Notes: a model not told the origin generated them from the letters alone. Counted from the stretch's first letter, positions 9,378 through 20,792 are shown. The stretch: DNA of 64,000 nucleotides from an uncultured cyanobacterium (GCA_963719515.1 CAVRCJ010000005.1:128001-192000), one strand, 5' to 3'. A program made the numbers and translations.

Positions 9378-9637
9378 GTTGCTGCGTTAAAAAGTGACAC
9401 CCCAACGATAGCTTACTGCGATCGCCGCTATGCTGCACTGGTTCAGTGGCTTATGACACCAAAATCGGCTGAAAGCCTGACGTTATGTCGACAACTGAAC
9501 GCGCAACTGTCCCAATGCATCAAGGCAGTTGCTATAGCAGCGGGATTGAGACATCGTTCAAACTCACTCGCTTGACAGACGCTCGCGTAAGTCAAACTTC
9601 GGTAACCTTACGCCCGTACCCTACAGTTTGAATCCCT

Positions 9638-9871
9638 ATGTTTCTCAAGCAAAAAGACGAAGACGACCTTATCAAGATTTCCGAGGTCGATGTTCTCTTT
9701 GACCCAACAGAGTCTCATGTAAAGGGTCAGATTCAGGCTGGGCAAAATGAGCAACCGCCGGAGTCCTTTCAAAAAACTGGATTGATTTTCCCCTCGGGTG
9801 AAGCGCTACCTCAGTGCTGGGTCGACGCCAACTACCGGGCGAATATGCCTGCTGAGCCACAGGCTGACTGA
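9638..9871 (+). CDS. Small conserved cyanobacterial hypothetical protein
   Basis: LFDP...GQNEQPPESF...LIFPSGEALPQCWVDANYR resembles a recurrent cyanobacterial family. Confidence 0.7.
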   Translation: MFLKQKDEDDLIKISEVDVLFDPTESHVKGQIQAGQNEQPPESFQKTGLIFPSGEALPQCWVDANYRANMPAEPQAD

Positions 9872-9909
9872 TACCGACTAGCTGACAAAAACGTTCCCTA
9901 GCCTTAGCG

Positions 9910-11112
9910 CTAGTCCGGCAGCTCGTACTGCCCCACGATGCGCTTAGCGTACTCCGGCACATGGGCATCCAGCTTGTCGGGATAGTTGCGCTGGGTGTAG
10001 AGATAGTTGCGGGTGAAGTGAGAATCGATGGAGAAGCGGGCATACTCCAGCCCCTTCGGCCCAATCTTCTCAATCACGACTCCCATCAGCCGCGCCGCCC
10101 ACATCGGCAGCGTCACCCCCTTATCGTAGGCGGGAATGCTCTGCTGCACGGCGGCATGGCGATCGCCCTGGGAGGCAACGGGCTGAGTGTCGAGCTGGTC
10201 TGCCACCAGATCCAGCATTTCCTGGCCGGTGTCGTTGCGGACCACCGTCCACTGCCAGCCAAAAGGCGCTCCCATGTAGCCCACCACTAGGTCTGCGAGG
10301 GAATTGACGTAGTCAAAGCAGCTCATGCAAGAGGGGGCGAATACGTCTTTGAGCTGGTTGGTCTTGAGGCCAAAGAAAGGGACGGTTTCCGTGGAGCCAT
10401 CCTCGTGCTTAAAGTGGACGCGAAAGTCCTGCATAAATTCGTAATGCACAACTGTATCCGGCGAGCGGCTGGTGGTGTCTAAAAACTTTTGCAGCCCTGC
10501 GCGGGTGACGTTATCGACGCAGGGGGTACCCAGCACGTAGAGTTTTTCGAGACCGAGCTTATCTTCCACCTCTCGCAGCGCCTGAATTTGACAGCCTACG
10601 CCAATCACCAGCAGCCGCTTCACTCCCGACTGCTCTATTTGCTCAAGCACCGATAAATTGGGAGATAAAGTAGGTTTGTTCACGCGCGCCGCCAAAACTT
10701 CCTCCGGCGATCGCGCCAGCACGGGCTTTGGCCCAAAGCGATCGTCGTCTTTGTTTTGCACGCACACCACCGCCTCCACGAGCCCCCGGTTTAGCATCTC
10801 AATGGCAATAGTGCTGACGATACCAGTCCACTGAGCCCCTTCAATCGGGGTCTGCTTGCGGGCAGCCATCATCGTTTGGTGTACCCCAAAGTAGCAATCG
10901 TCTGAACTCTCTAAGTCACGCGATCGCCCATGGACTTTGGTCTCAAGTTCCGGGATCTGCTGGTTGAGAAATGCGCAGGCGTCTTTGACGTAGTGGATAT
11001 AGGACGTGTCGCAAAGGCCGCAGTCGCTGCATAGATCCTTCGCAGGTCGAGGCTTCCCCGGAGCAAGCGGCTTGGCTCGGTGATGTGGACGGTTCGGTTG
11101 CGCCAAGGTCAT
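9910..11112 (-). CDS. bciB: Ferredoxin-dependent 8-vinyl (divinyl chlorophyllide) reductase, F420 hydrogenase beta-subunit family
   Basis: CSDCGLC, GAQWTGIVS, GVGCQ, CMSCFDY motifs (Slr1923/CvrA type). Confidence 0.85.
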   Translation of the reverse strand: MTLAQPNRPHHRAKPLAPGKPRPAKDLCSDCGLCDTSYIHYVKDACAFLNQQIPELETKVHGRSRDLESSDDCYFGVHQTMMAARKQTPIEGAQWTGIVSTIAIEMLNRGLVEAVVCVQNKDDDRFGPKPVLARSPEEVLAARVNKPTLSPNLSVLEQIEQSGVKRLLVIGVGCQIQALREVEDKLGLEKLYVLGTPCVDNVTRAGLQKFLDTTSRSPDTVVHYEFMQDFRVHFKHEDGSTETVPFFGLKTNQLKDVFAPSCMSCFDYVNSLADLVVGYMGAPFGWQWTVVRNDTGQEMLDLVADQLDTQPVASQGDRHAAVQQSIPAYDKGVTLPMWAARLMGVVIEKIGPKGLEYARFSIDSHFTRNYLYTQRNYPDKLDAHVPEYAKRIVGQYELPD

Positions 11113-11236
11113 AGCGGTGAATCAGCAACGGTATCGTGATCGGCGTAGGCATTTGCTCTACGCCAATCACGATACCGCACTTGAATTACTGACCTTGTGA
11201 ATTGTAATAAGCCGCAAACCAAAAATTGGGCCCGCC

Positions 11237-11596
11237 CTAAAGCAATCTCAGGATGAACGGATAGCGGAAGGGGTCGCCAGGTTGGGTAAGGGTGTGGAAA
11301 ATAGCCCAGATTGCTAGGCCAAAATACACTAGCAGCAGCAGCGGTCCCAAGATAAAGCCCAACAGCCCTAGAGTGAGAAAGGTCAAAACGCCGACAACCA
11401 GGCTCCAAAACCATACGTTGATGTGAAAGTTGATGGCCTCTTTGGAGTTTTCTTTGACTACGGGATCGTCTGAGACCAGCATGACGGCAATCGGAACGCC
11501 GACAGACAGGACAAGAGCGTTAAAGAAGATAGAGCCGTGGCTCAGCGCAGAGAGAAGTTTCCGCTTATCTGCATCGTAGGGACCGGTCGTTTTCAT
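11237..11596 (-). CDS. DUF4870-type small membrane protein
   Basis: VKENSKEAINF...FRYPFILRL, three TM segments. Confidence 0.75.
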   Translation of the reverse strand: MKTTGPYDADKRKLLSALSHGSIFFNALVLSVGVPIAVMLVSDDPVVKENSKEAINFHINVWFWSLVVGVLTFLTLGLLGFILGPLLLLVYFGLAIWAIFHTLTQPGDPFRYPFILRLL

Positions 11597-11814
11597 GATC
11601 TATTTACTGGGGGGAAATCGCGTACCCTTATGATGTCACACCCCGCTTCACCGAGGGGTTCGGTTTTTTCGATAGTCACAGGTGGGGATGTACCGCTACA
11701 GTCAAAGTAGGTTCAGGCATAAGCTACAGCTGCGATCGCCAACTCAGGTCATCAATGCGGCTGAGGGATTAAGGCAATAGGTACAGATAGGTCAGTAACG
11801 GGTTGAAAACGGCA

Positions 11815-12129
11815 ATGGGATTTTTTGATTCTGAGATTGTCCAGCAAGAAGCGCAAAAACTCTTCGAGGACTACCAGTCGCTTGTACAGCTGGGGGGGGA
11901 GTACGGCAAGTTTGACCGAGAAGGGAAAAAGATTTTCATTGAGCGGATGGAGGCCGTTTTGGAGCGCTATCACATCTTCATGAAGCGCTTCGAACTCTCT
12001 GAAGACTTTACGGCCCAAATGACGGTCGAGCAGTTAAAAACGCAGCTCAACCAGTTTGGCATGACGCCGCAGCAAATGTTTGAGCAGATGCAGCTCACCC
12101 TAGAGCGCATGAAAGGCGACGTCGACTAA
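11815..12129 (+). CDS. DUF1825 family protein
   Basis: MGFFDSEIVQQEAQKLFEDYQ...GKFDREGKK. Confidence 0.8.
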   Translation: MGFFDSEIVQQEAQKLFEDYQSLVQLGGEYGKFDREGKKIFIERMEAVLERYHIFMKRFELSEDFTAQMTVEQLKTQLNQFGMTPQQMFEQMQLTLERMKGDVD

Positions 12130-12160
12130 TTCCGAGTCTGCAAGCCTAACGGGTACGAAC

Positions 12161-12240
12161 TCGGCGCACATTAGTCCGGCGCATATGCATATAGGTTCGG
12201 CGCACATCAGTTCAGCGCGCATTAGTCCCATGCACATTAG
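12161..12240. repeat. Short degenerate tandem repeat (~15-bp unit GGCGCACATTAGTTC-like, 4-5 copies) between convergent genes
   Basis: tcggcgcacattagtcc / ggcgcatatg / tcggcgcacatcagttc / agcgcgcattagtcc / atgcacattag. Confidence 0.55.
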
Positions 12241-12300
12241 AACAGGGCGGACCAGCCTCCACGACCTGCCCGCCCAGCAAACGTATAGTCCGCTTTGCCG

Positions 12301-12969
12301 CTACGCGATGTGTGCATGGGCGTTGACGCCCTGATCCTGAAGCTTCTCAACCTGTGCCATAACCTGTTTGATCTGAGACATCAAATCGTCTAAGTTCTGG
12401 GTCTGCGCGAGTTGCCCTTGCTGAGGCGAAGCGGATAGAGTACTGCCAGCTGCCGGAGCTGGGGCAGAAAATCCGTGGAAGCTTTGAGCGGCTGGCATGG
12501 CTGATGCGGCAGCTCTAGCCATAGGCATCAGCGGGGCACTGCTAGCGGGCAGACTGGTGGGGCGAGGGGAAACTGGCTGTGTGATTTGAGACTTGGCGGG
12601 ATCTATAAACGGGTTGAGACCGGCCTTCTCCAGTTTTTCGTCTGAAAATTGAACCGCGTCTACCCGTAGGGTCTGCTCTTGAAGTTTTTGCTTGAGCTGC
12701 GTGACTTCATCTTGGGTCTCTGACAGCTTTGCGGACGACTGTCTCCATCCTAGGCTGGACAGATGCACCGCCCCAACGCCAAAGCTGATGGCCATTGCGA
12801 GGCCCATGTACGGCACTGCAACGTCTTCAACCTGACCAACAAAGATGGGTTCATCGCCGAACTGAATGGTAACGGCGTCAGACTTTAGCATTGCGAGAGG
12901 AGCCGTTGCTGCGCAAAAGACAGCTCCAGCCAAAATTGAAGAAGACACTAGGGATCGAGAGAAGCTCAT
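12301..12969 (-). CDS. Hypothetical membrane-anchored coiled-coil protein
   Basis: 222-aa ORF with two hydrophobic segments followed by a coiled coil. Confidence 0.65.
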   Translation of the reverse strand: MSFSRSLVSSSILAGAVFCAATAPLAMLKSDAVTIQFGDEPIFVGQVEDVAVPYMGLAMAISFGVGAVHLSSLGWRQSSAKLSETQDEVTQLKQKLQEQTLRVDAVQFSDEKLEKAGLNPFIDPAKSQITQPVSPRPTSLPASSAPLMPMARAAASAMPAAQSFHGFSAPAPAAGSTLSASPQQGQLAQTQNLDDLMSQIKQVMAQVEKLQDQGVNAHAHIA

Positions 12970-13389
12970 AGGTTCAGACTCCGTGAACTGTTGAAGTAAT
13001 TGGCCTACACGGTCTAGGTGGCACTGTTCCCTGACTCAATGCTCGTGCGATCGTTTTGGCAAAGCAAACCCCATGGAGAAACGCCTGCTGTGGCTCCGTG
13101 AAGTATCTGGCAAAAGGAAACTTGTTAGCGGGTAGAATGCTGCTGGGCGCTTATTGTCAGCGGCTTGAGATGCGTAGATGTCAGATGTAGAGCGAGGCTC
13201 CTGCTTTGAGAGCCTACAGCTGTACTTTTGTGTTAACTAGTATCAACGTTAACCTGCTCGAGCTGCAATAACCGTATAAATCGTGTTAAGGCTGGCCGCT
13301 AGATATCTTGTTTGTGTAAATTTAGCTTTCAGCGGGGAATCCCCGCGCTCCACCCGCTAGAGCGAGCGGCGGTATAAGGGTCGCACGTG

Positions 13390-13896
13390 CTATGACTTGG
13401 CGTCTTCGATGTGGTCAATTAACCCGCTCTTATCCAGTTTGCTGCGGCCAGAGATGTCGAGCTCACGGGCCTGCTCATACAGCTCCGCCTTGGTGTTTGA
13501 GGCTAAGTCGTCGCTAGACGACCCTTTTGCCGCGTCGTCATCCGCGTCCTGTAGTGCCTCGATCAGCTCATCTTTGTTCATCTGACTGCGACCAGATATC
13601 TCCTCTGATTTAGCCTGGTCATAGAGCTCCTGCTTAGTCTGCTCTCCCCAGTGGGCGCGATCGCCATCCTGGGTTTGCTCGTTTTGCTCGCCCCACTGCT
13701 CTAGCGATCGCGCCGCATCATCCTTTTCATCTTTTTGATACCCCCCTCCCTCTTGTTCATACCGCTGCACCAGGAGCTGGCTTTTGCGGGCCGACCATTG
13801 CCCAGGCTCTCCCCCCTTGTCAGACTGCATGATCTCTTTCTTCAGCGCTCGGCGCAGGTCAGGGTGGGTATATTTCTCGTCGTAGTTGTCGCTCAT
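13390..13896 (-). CDS. Hypothetical protein with two Rho-N-like repeats
   Basis: GQWSARKSQLL domain, then TKQELYDQAK..ISGRSQMNKDELIEAL repeated twice. Confidence 0.75.
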   Translation of the reverse strand: MSDNYDEKYTHPDLRRALKKEIMQSDKGGEPGQWSARKSQLLVQRYEQEGGGYQKDEKDDAARSLEQWGEQNEQTQDGDRAHWGEQTKQELYDQAKSEEISGRSQMNKDELIEALQDADDDAAKGSSSDDLASNTKAELYEQARELDISGRSKLDKSGLIDHIEDAKS

Positions 13897-14237
13897 GAGA
13901 TGGGGGAAAGAATATTTTTTCTGGAGACTGAACGGATTGAGGAAGCGATCGCAGTGCTGCGCTGCCTACCATGATATTTTCTAATAAAACCACAAGATTT
14001 ATGAAGAGGAAACTCAGCGGTGGAAATGCTCCGCTTGGGGGAGGGAACGGCCTCTGATTTTATTCGCCGGGCCGAAACATAAGCTATACCTCCATCCTGT
14101 GGATGAGATCATCCCCTCATAACCCTTTAAGTTCGTGCCCAAATTCGCCAAAATCTTGTCTGAGAATCTGCAAAAGTCGTTGAGATTTGTTACATTTTAA
14201 TTAGCACTCGTTACACTCCTAATCAATTCCCCTTCTC

Positions 14238-14759
14238 ATGAGTAATTTCTCTAGCGCTCTTTCTCTAGGCCTAACTGCCCTACGATCAAACTTCTCAGCC
14301 AACTATCCGTCCCAAATTGCCTGGACGGCCCTGCGCGTTGTCGCTGGCACCGTCATGATTCACAACGGATTAGACAAGCTGGCGGATATCGAAAGCTTTG
14401 CGACGGCCTACGTTCAGGTTATTGGCTTGCCCTTCCCAATATTCTTTAGCTATGTTGCTGCCCTAACCGAGGTAATCGGTGCGCCACTGCTGCTGTTGGG
14501 CCTGTTCACGCGCCCTGCTGCATTGGGTCTGTTCTCGACCATGCTCGTGGCCATGTACCACCACATCAAGGTTGCCGGATTTAGCATTCCTTACCTGGAG
14601 CTGTCGGCACTGTATTCTGTAGTCTTTTTGTTCTTCGCAGTCAATGGCCCTGGTCTGTTCGCGCTGGATACCTGGCTGGCCTCTTGGCTAGGCGCATCGG
14701 TGGCCCGTCCGGCGATCGCAGAGCTCGAGACTCCTACTCGTGAACTGGTGACCAAATAG
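14238..14759 (+). CDS. DoxX family membrane protein
   Basis: LRVVAG..HNGLDKL, LGLFTRPAA, GPGLFALD. Confidence 0.88.
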   Translation: MSNFSSALSLGLTALRSNFSANYPSQIAWTALRVVAGTVMIHNGLDKLADIESFATAYVQVIGLPFPIFFSYVAALTEVIGAPLLLLGLFTRPAALGLFSTMLVAMYHHIKVAGFSIPYLELSALYSVVFLFFAVNGPGLFALDTWLASWLGASVARPAIAELETPTRELVTK

Positions 14760-14939
14760 TCTACAGCTCGCATTTATAATCTCGCTATTCAATGCGGGTT
14801 GCCAGAATTTCTTTTTTGCCAGCAGGTTTACACAGACTTGACTAGCCCTGAAGATATTTCGGCAGCCCGCTTTTAGCGTTGGGCTTGCACCGTCTTCCCC
14901 AAGCTTGCACTAAGCTGAGAGTAGCAATACGACAGCTCT

Positions 14940-15164
14940 ATGAAACATCTTTTGTTGCTCCTTATCCGCGGCTACCGCCTCATCATCTCGCCGCTGTTTA
15001 CCCCGAGCTGCCGCTTTCAGCCGACTTGCTCTCAGTACGCACTCCAGGCGATAGAGCGATTCGGGGCCCTGAAAGGAAGCGGCTTAGCACTGCGCCGTCT
15101 GCTGCGCTGTCACCCTTTTCATCCCGGGGGGTATGATCCCGTCCCGACCTGCGATCAAGATTGA
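14940..15164 (+). CDS. yidD: Membrane protein insertion efficiency factor
   Basis: [11 protein letters not shown]...[14 protein letters not shown]. Confidence 0.95.
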   Translation: MKHLLLLLIRGYRLIISPLFTPSCRFQPTCSQYALQAIERFGALKGSGLALRRLLRCHPFHPGGYDPVPTCDQD

Positions 15165-15214
15165 AATGGCTCTTGTGTATTGACTGCGCGCGAGCTAAGC
15201 GAAGAACTTCCTGC

Positions 15215-16492
15215 TCACAGTGGTGCGTCTGGGGCGGCGGCTGACCGGCGCTCGTGGGCAGCGGCACTAAATGCCCGAATGTACTGCTCATGCCCACCAG
15301 GAAACACCACGTTCAGCGTCAGCGGGTCACTCACATCCCGAGGGTCTCCCGGCCCCGCCGTCACCCGCATCTCCCCAGCAACAGTATCTACAGTCAGGGG
15401 ACGCCGCTTCACCTCCCCGCCGCTGCTGTCCACATACACCACCAAATTACCCCTGTTGATCTCGCGGCCCATATCCTGGATAAGCTGCAGGAAATTGCGA
15501 TCGCTTCCCCCACGCCGCACCTGCCCGTCTACCACCTGACTGGTGATCGTGTCCCCAACGCCTACAATGAGCGGCATCTGCGCCGGGTCAAACTTCCGCG
15601 CCAAAGCTAATAGCTCATCGGCATTCTGGGGGGCGCTGCGGGCATTGAAGTCCTCGCCGAGGGGATATGCCCCTGTGCGCTGGCGATAGTAGCGATTGAG
15701 CAACGCCAGCACCCCGGCCTCTTTAATCGCCCCCCGCAGCATAAATTGAAAGTCGGTAGTGCCGAGGCTCCCCCCATCTCTATCGGCGTACCAGACTCGC
15801 TCATTTCCCTGGTCATCTCGCCCTAGATTGGGCGCAAAATGCACGAAAAAAGAGTTTTCCAATCCCTGTCCTGCAGCATCCTCTAAAAGAGTATCCATCA
15901 GCGCCACCATTTCCTGCTGCAGGGTCAGGTAGAGCTGAGGGCGATCGCTTAGAAGGCTCTGAAACGTGTTGAGGTTGGCGGTGGGAGAGGCGACATTGTC
16001 CAAAGCTGAAGCGGCAATACCTTGAGCGATGGTCTCGCCCGAAAGGCCGCTGCTGTGACGCTTAAAAAATGCCTCCAGCCGGGCCTTGATATGCTCTGGA
16101 ACGGCGGTCAAAAAGGCCAGCTCTGCGTCGCTTACCCCCGGGTGGGAAACTTCCCCGGTTCGGGTTTGCCACTGTACCCCACCTGCCGCTAAGCCCGGCA
16201 GGTATCCAGTATTCAGCGGCTTGGCGTCAGCGCGCTCAATGATGCCGTTTACCCCTCGCTGCCCAATGTGCTCGCCATTAGTAAGCACATAGAAATGATT
16301 GTCGAAGGCTTGGGTGGCTCGCACGTAGCTTAGGTCTATGACGCGGGTGAGAGGGTCTTTGACCAGCTCCATACAGACGCCGTCGAGGTCTTGAATAATG
16401 AGCAGATTTTCGGTGGCGGCCAGGCTGTGGGCCAAGGCATTGTGGTCGAGGGAAAGGGTCTGCTGGTGAAGAGGACTAGGGGAGGTGGTCAT
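15215..16492 (-). CDS. stpA: Glucosylglycerol-3-phosphate phosphatase
   Basis: IQDLDGVCMELVKDPLTR, LTNGEH, GTTDFQFMLRGAIKEAG, RGGSDRNFL. Confidence 0.9.
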   Translation of the reverse strand: MTTSPSPLHQQTLSLDHNALAHSLAATENLLIIQDLDGVCMELVKDPLTRVIDLSYVRATQAFDNHFYVLTNGEHIGQRGVNGIIERADAKPLNTGYLPGLAAGGVQWQTRTGEVSHPGVSDAELAFLTAVPEHIKARLEAFFKRHSSGLSGETIAQGIAASALDNVASPTANLNTFQSLLSDRPQLYLTLQQEMVALMDTLLEDAAGQGLENSFFVHFAPNLGRDDQGNERVWYADRDGGSLGTTDFQFMLRGAIKEAGVLALLNRYYRQRTGAYPLGEDFNARSAPQNADELLALARKFDPAQMPLIVGVGDTITSQVVDGQVRRGGSDRNFLQLIQDMGREINRGNLVVYVDSSGGEVKRRPLTVDTVAGEMRVTAGPGDPRDVSDPLTLNVVFPGGHEQYIRAFSAAAHERRSAAAPDAPL

Positions 16493-16739
16493 GGAGTTAC
16501 AGAATAGGTGCAAGTTGCCACTCTCAACCTGCCTGCGGCTGAAGATTCAGCTAGGCTAAGAGAAGTTCCACCAGGACTATAGCAAAGCGGACGGAATGCC
16601 AGGTCATAAACAATTGGGTATCGTTATAGGTATGCGTTACGAATCGTCATACAAGATCGCTGTATTCTCGGTCGCCATGTATTGAAAGGACAAGGCATCA
16701 TGTGTTGTATTGCGATGCCAGTTAATGAGCTAATTTTAG

Positions 16740-19700
16740 ATGCCTTCTAGCGCCGACTACCCTATCCCAATAGGGCTAGAATCATCCCTTATCAGGCGAG
16801 ACCCCATCATTGTCTCATCAGATACGGCGGTGATAGAGGCGATCGCCCAGATGGACAGCGCTCAAATGAACCATAGAGCCAGTCCGTCGCCAGAGACTGG
16901 CAGCGATGCAGCAAGCAATTTGATAGACGACCATCGACACTGCGTCAGCTGCGTGCTTGTGGTCCAGAACGGGCAATACGCCGGCATGCTGAGCGAGCGA
17001 GATGTCATACACCTCGTCGCACAGCGCCGCGCGCTCGATACCCTCTCAATGCAGCAGGTGATGGACCGCTCTGACATCGCGCTGCGCGAGTCGGACTTGG
17101 CGGTGTCCAACCTTGGTGCGGCCTTCAGGCTGGACAAGGGCGATCGCAGCCGATATCCCTATCTCCCCGTCCTCGACGAACAGAATTATCCTATTGGGCT
17201 TGTGAGCTGCGAGGCCCTAGCGCGCCGCTCATTGAGTGCCCCTGAGCAGAAGCAACATCCTTCAGGAGCCCTGCAGCGAACTGAGATGACTCAGAAGCTT
17301 CAAGACGAAGCGTGCAGGCGACAGCAGATTGAGGCGTCTTTAATTGAGAGCGAGCGGACGAATCGCACTCTCATTGACACGATGCCTGATCTGTTGATTC
17401 AGATGGACCGGCAGGGAAACTATAGCCGATTTGCCGGAGGCACTGCCATTCAGGCTAAGCCGCTGCCAGAACCCATTGACGCGCAAAACGTCTATGTCGG
17501 CCTATCGCCTGAGCTCGCACAGCAGCGACTACGCCATGCCAACCAAGCCCTTGATAGCGGCTGCCTGCAGGTGTACGAGCAGAGCTTTGACCGCGATGGC
17601 GACCTGCGCTACGAGGAGGTTCGCATCGCCCCTCTCAATGGGCAAGAGGTGCTCATCATTATTCGAGATATTACCGAGCGAAAACGATCCGAGGCCCAGC
17701 TACAGAGCCTAATTGCCGGTACCGCCGCCACAACCGGACAAGACTTCTTCCCTGCGCTGACACATCATATCTCAGAGACTCTGGAGGTTTCTCATGTTAT
17801 TGTAACCGAGCAAATTGGGCCAAACCTGAACGTACTGGCCTGCTCCATCAACGGAACGCTGCAGCCCGAGTTCTCGTATCAAGCTGCCACTACACCCTGC
17901 GAACAGGTTTTGCGGCATGGCTCCTTTTACTGTAGCAGTCTGCTTCAGCAGGCCTTTCCTGAGGACAACGATTTAGTAGAGATGGGGGTAGAGAGCTACC
18001 TAGGCGTCGCGTTGCGCAACAGCTCCGGTGAGAAAATCGGTACCCTATGTATTCTTGATGAGCGGCTGATTCCAAAACCAGAGTGGGCAGAACAAATTCT
18101 GCGCGTCTTTGCCGCTCGCGCCGCCGCTGAGCTAGAGCGGCAGCGGGCAAAGTCGTCTCTAGAGCAGCTCAACCAGCAGCTAGAAGCCAAAGTAAAAGAG
18201 CGTACCGCTGAGCTGCGGGAGCGCGAGCAGTTTTTACAGACTGTCCTAGATACATTTCCGCTATCCGTATTCTGGAAAGACCGCAACTCAGTTTACTTGG
18301 GCTGCAACCAAAATCTTCTTCGAGATGCCAATCTCAAGTCAGTTTCAGAGCTCATCGGGAAGACAGACTATGACATGCCCTGGTCCGAGACTGAGGCTGA
18401 GAGCTATCGGGCTAACGATCGCCACGTCGTCACTCAGAATGTTGCCAAGCTGGGAAGTATTGAGACTCAAGTCCATGCGGATGGCAGCCAACTTTGGCTA
18501 GAGACCAACAAACTTCCTCTACGCAATCTAGAGGGTGAGGTGATCGGCGTTTTGGGGACCTACCAAGACATCACCGAGCGCAAACGGGCCGAGCAAGCGC
18601 TGCAAGACAGTGAGCAGCGCTTTCGTAGCGCCATTGCCAATGCGCCCTTCCCCATTATGATCCGCGCTGAGGATGACGAGGTGCTGCAAATCAATGCGGT
18701 TTGGACTGAGCTAACCGGCTATACCCATGACGAGATTGCTACGGTCGGAGACTGGGTAAAGCTAGCCTGCGGCGATCGCGCTGCGAGTTGCCTGCAAACC
18801 ATTCACGAAAACTACAGCCTCACGGCTCGGCGGGATGACGGAGAGTTTGCGATTACGACGCGAGACGGGAGCCAGCGGATTTGGCTGATCACCACTACCC
18901 CGTTAGCTCCATTGCCCGACGGTCGCCGCGTCACGATGGCAATGGCTGTGGACATCACAACCCGCCGTCAGGCAGAGCTTGCGCTGCGGGAGAGCGAAGA
19001 GCGCTACCGCACCATTTACAACCAGGCGGCGATGGGCCTTGTGATTGCAACTGCTGACGGTAGACTCATTGACGTCAATCCGCATATTTGCGCGATGCTG
19101 GGCTACTCCCGTGAGGAGATTTTGTCGAAAACAGTCGAAGACATTACCCATCCTGACGATCGCCAGAACATTGTTTTGGCCAGAGATCTCTCTGACGGGG
19201 CAGAGAGAACAGACTTTTCTCAAGAAAAACGCTACATCCGTAAGGACGGCAGCACCTTTTGGGCTGCAACAGGCCTTTCATTTGTACGCGGGGCTGATGA
19301 TGAGTCCATGCACTGCATAGCCGCTATCCGCGACATCAACGATCGCAAGCGGGCCGAAGCTCAAGTCCATGCGCTACTCAACCGGACGCAGTTTCTCAAC
19401 CGCATCAGCTCCGAGATTCGAGATTCTCTCGATCTGGACATTATCTTACACAATTTGGTCAATGGCGTTGTCGCTGAGCTTCCGGTCGAGAGCTGTGTGT
19501 TTGCCTGGTACAGGTTTAGCGACAGCTCAGAGCGAAGCTCACATCTGCTAGAGGCGGTGATGGAGAAAAAAGTCAGTGGGCTGCAAAGCTGCATTGGGAC
19601 TTATACCTATGACGACTGCCCCGACATACTTGAGCACATTCTTGATAATCGGATTTACCGCATTGAGCGGCTAGCTGACGTTGAAGATGGGAAACTGTTG

Positions 19701-20792
19701 GAGCATCTCCAATCTGTCGGTCTTTCTACCTTGCTAGGGTTGCCCATCCATACGGCTGGCGGAGCAATCGGCGCCATTGTCTTAGGCCGAGTCACTGGCA
19801 GTCAGCCCTGGCGAGATGAGGAGATTGCTCTATTTCAAAGCATTGCCAACCAGGTGGCGATCGCCATCTACCAAGCCCAGCTTTACGAAGAATCTCAGGC
19901 CAAAACTCAGCAGCTTGAGCGCTCGTATCAGGAGCTGCAGGACGCTCAAATTCACATGGTGCAGGCTGAGAAAATGTCCAGCCTGGGGCAGCTCGTAGCG
20001 GGCATTGCCCATGAGATCAACAATCCTGTGGGCTTTATTTACGGCAATCTTGCGGCGGCGACAGACTATGTCAACAGCCTAACCACGCTCGTTCAGCACT
20101 ATCAAGATGCCTATCCAGAGCCGCCCCAGGCGATCGCTCAGCTTTCCAGGCAGGCCGACATCGACTACATCCTTGAGGACTTTCCGAAGCTGCTCAGCTC
20201 AATGGAAAATGGCGCAACCCGTATTCAGGCCATTGTTCAGTCGCTGCGCACCTTCTCGCGGCTAGAGCAGGTTGGACAATCGGCAGTCGATATCAACCAG
20301 CGTATCGACAACACGCTGGTGATCTTACAAAATCGCCTCAACGGACGCGCCGGCAAACCAGAAGTTGAGGTGGTTAAGCTGTACGGCGATTTGTCTTTGA
20401 TCGAATGCTATGGCAGCCTGCTTGACCAGGTGTTCATCAACTTGTTGGCAAATGCTGTCGATGCCATCGAAGAGCGACAGGCCAATGCTGAGCTAAATTA
20501 TGCGGGCCGCATCGCAATCACCACAGCGATCGCCTCAGACACTAGCGTTTCGATTTCAATTCAGGACAATGGTATTGGCATGGCGGCTGAGACTCAAGCT
20601 AGCATTTTTGATCCCTTTTTTACGACAAAGCCCATCGGTGTCGGAACGGGAATGGGCCTCTCGATCAGCTATCAAATTGTGGCAGGCAACCATAACGGAA
20701 AGCTTTATTGCCGCTCGGCTCCCGGAGGGGGAACCGAGTTTGTTGTCGAGATACCGAAGCGCTTGAGTGGTTCCATTGGTCCTGTCGCTTAG
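16740..20792 (+). CDS. Multi-sensor histidine kinase (CBS, PAS x4, GAF x2, HisKA, HATPase)
   Basis: Repeated DITERKR linkers, LVAGIAHEINNP H-box, DNGIG / GTGMGL boxes. Confidence 0.92.
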   Translation: MPSSADYPIPIGLESSLIRRDPIIVSSDTAVIEAIAQMDSAQMNHRASPSPETGSDAASNLIDDHRHCVSCVLVVQNGQYAGMLSERDVIHLVAQRRALDTLSMQQVMDRSDIALRESDLAVSNLGAAFRLDKGDRSRYPYLPVLDEQNYPIGLVSCEALARRSLSAPEQKQHPSGALQRTEMTQKLQDEACRRQQIEASLIESERTNRTLIDTMPDLLIQMDRQGNYSRFAGGTAIQAKPLPEPIDAQNVYVGLSPELAQQRLRHANQALDSGCLQVYEQSFDRDGDLRYEEVRIAPLNGQEVLIIIRDITERKRSEAQLQSLIAGTAATTGQDFFPALTHHISETLEVSHVIVTEQIGPNLNVLACSINGTLQPEFSYQAATTPCEQVLRHGSFYCSSLLQQAFPEDNDLVEMGVESYLGVALRNSSGEKIGTLCILDERLIPKPEWAEQILRVFAARAAAELERQRAKSSLEQLNQQLEAKVKERTAELREREQFLQTVLDTFPLSVFWKDRNSVYLGCNQNLLRDANLKSVSELIGKTDYDMPWSETEAESYRANDRHVVTQNVAKLGSIETQVHADGSQLWLETNKLPLRNLEGEVIGVLGTYQDITERKRAEQALQDSEQRFRSAIANAPFPIMIRAEDDEVLQINAVWTELTGYTHDEIATVGDWVKLACGDRAASCLQTIHENYSLTARRDDGEFAITTRDGSQRIWLITTTPLAPLPDGRRVTMAMAVDITTRRQAELALRESEERYRTIYNQAAMGLVIATADGRLIDVNPHICAMLGYSREEILSKTVEDITHPDDRQNIVLARDLSDGAERTDFSQEKRYIRKDGSTFWAATGLSFVRGADDESMHCIAAIRDINDRKRAEAQVHALLNRTQFLNRISSEIRDSLDLDIILHNLVNGVVAELPVESCVFAWYRFSDSSERSSHLLEAVMEKKVSGLQSCIGTYTYDDCPDILEHILDNRIYRIERLADVEDGKLLEHLQSVGLSTLLGLPIHTAGGAIGAIVLGRVTGSQPWRDEEIALFQSIANQVAIAIYQAQLYEESQAKTQQLERSYQELQDAQIHMVQAEKMSSLGQLVAGIAHEINNPVGFIYGNLAAATDYVNSLTTLVQHYQDAYPEPPQAIAQLSRQADIDYILEDFPKLLSSMENGATRIQAIVQSLRTFSRLEQVGQSAVDINQRIDNTLVILQNRLNGRAGKPEVEVVKLYGDLSLIECYGSLLDQVFINLLANAVDAIEERQANAELNYAGRIAITTAIASDTSVSISIQDNGIGMAAETQASIFDPFFTTKPIGVGTGMGLSISYQIVAGNHNGKLYCRSAPGGGTEFVVEIPKRLSGSIGPVA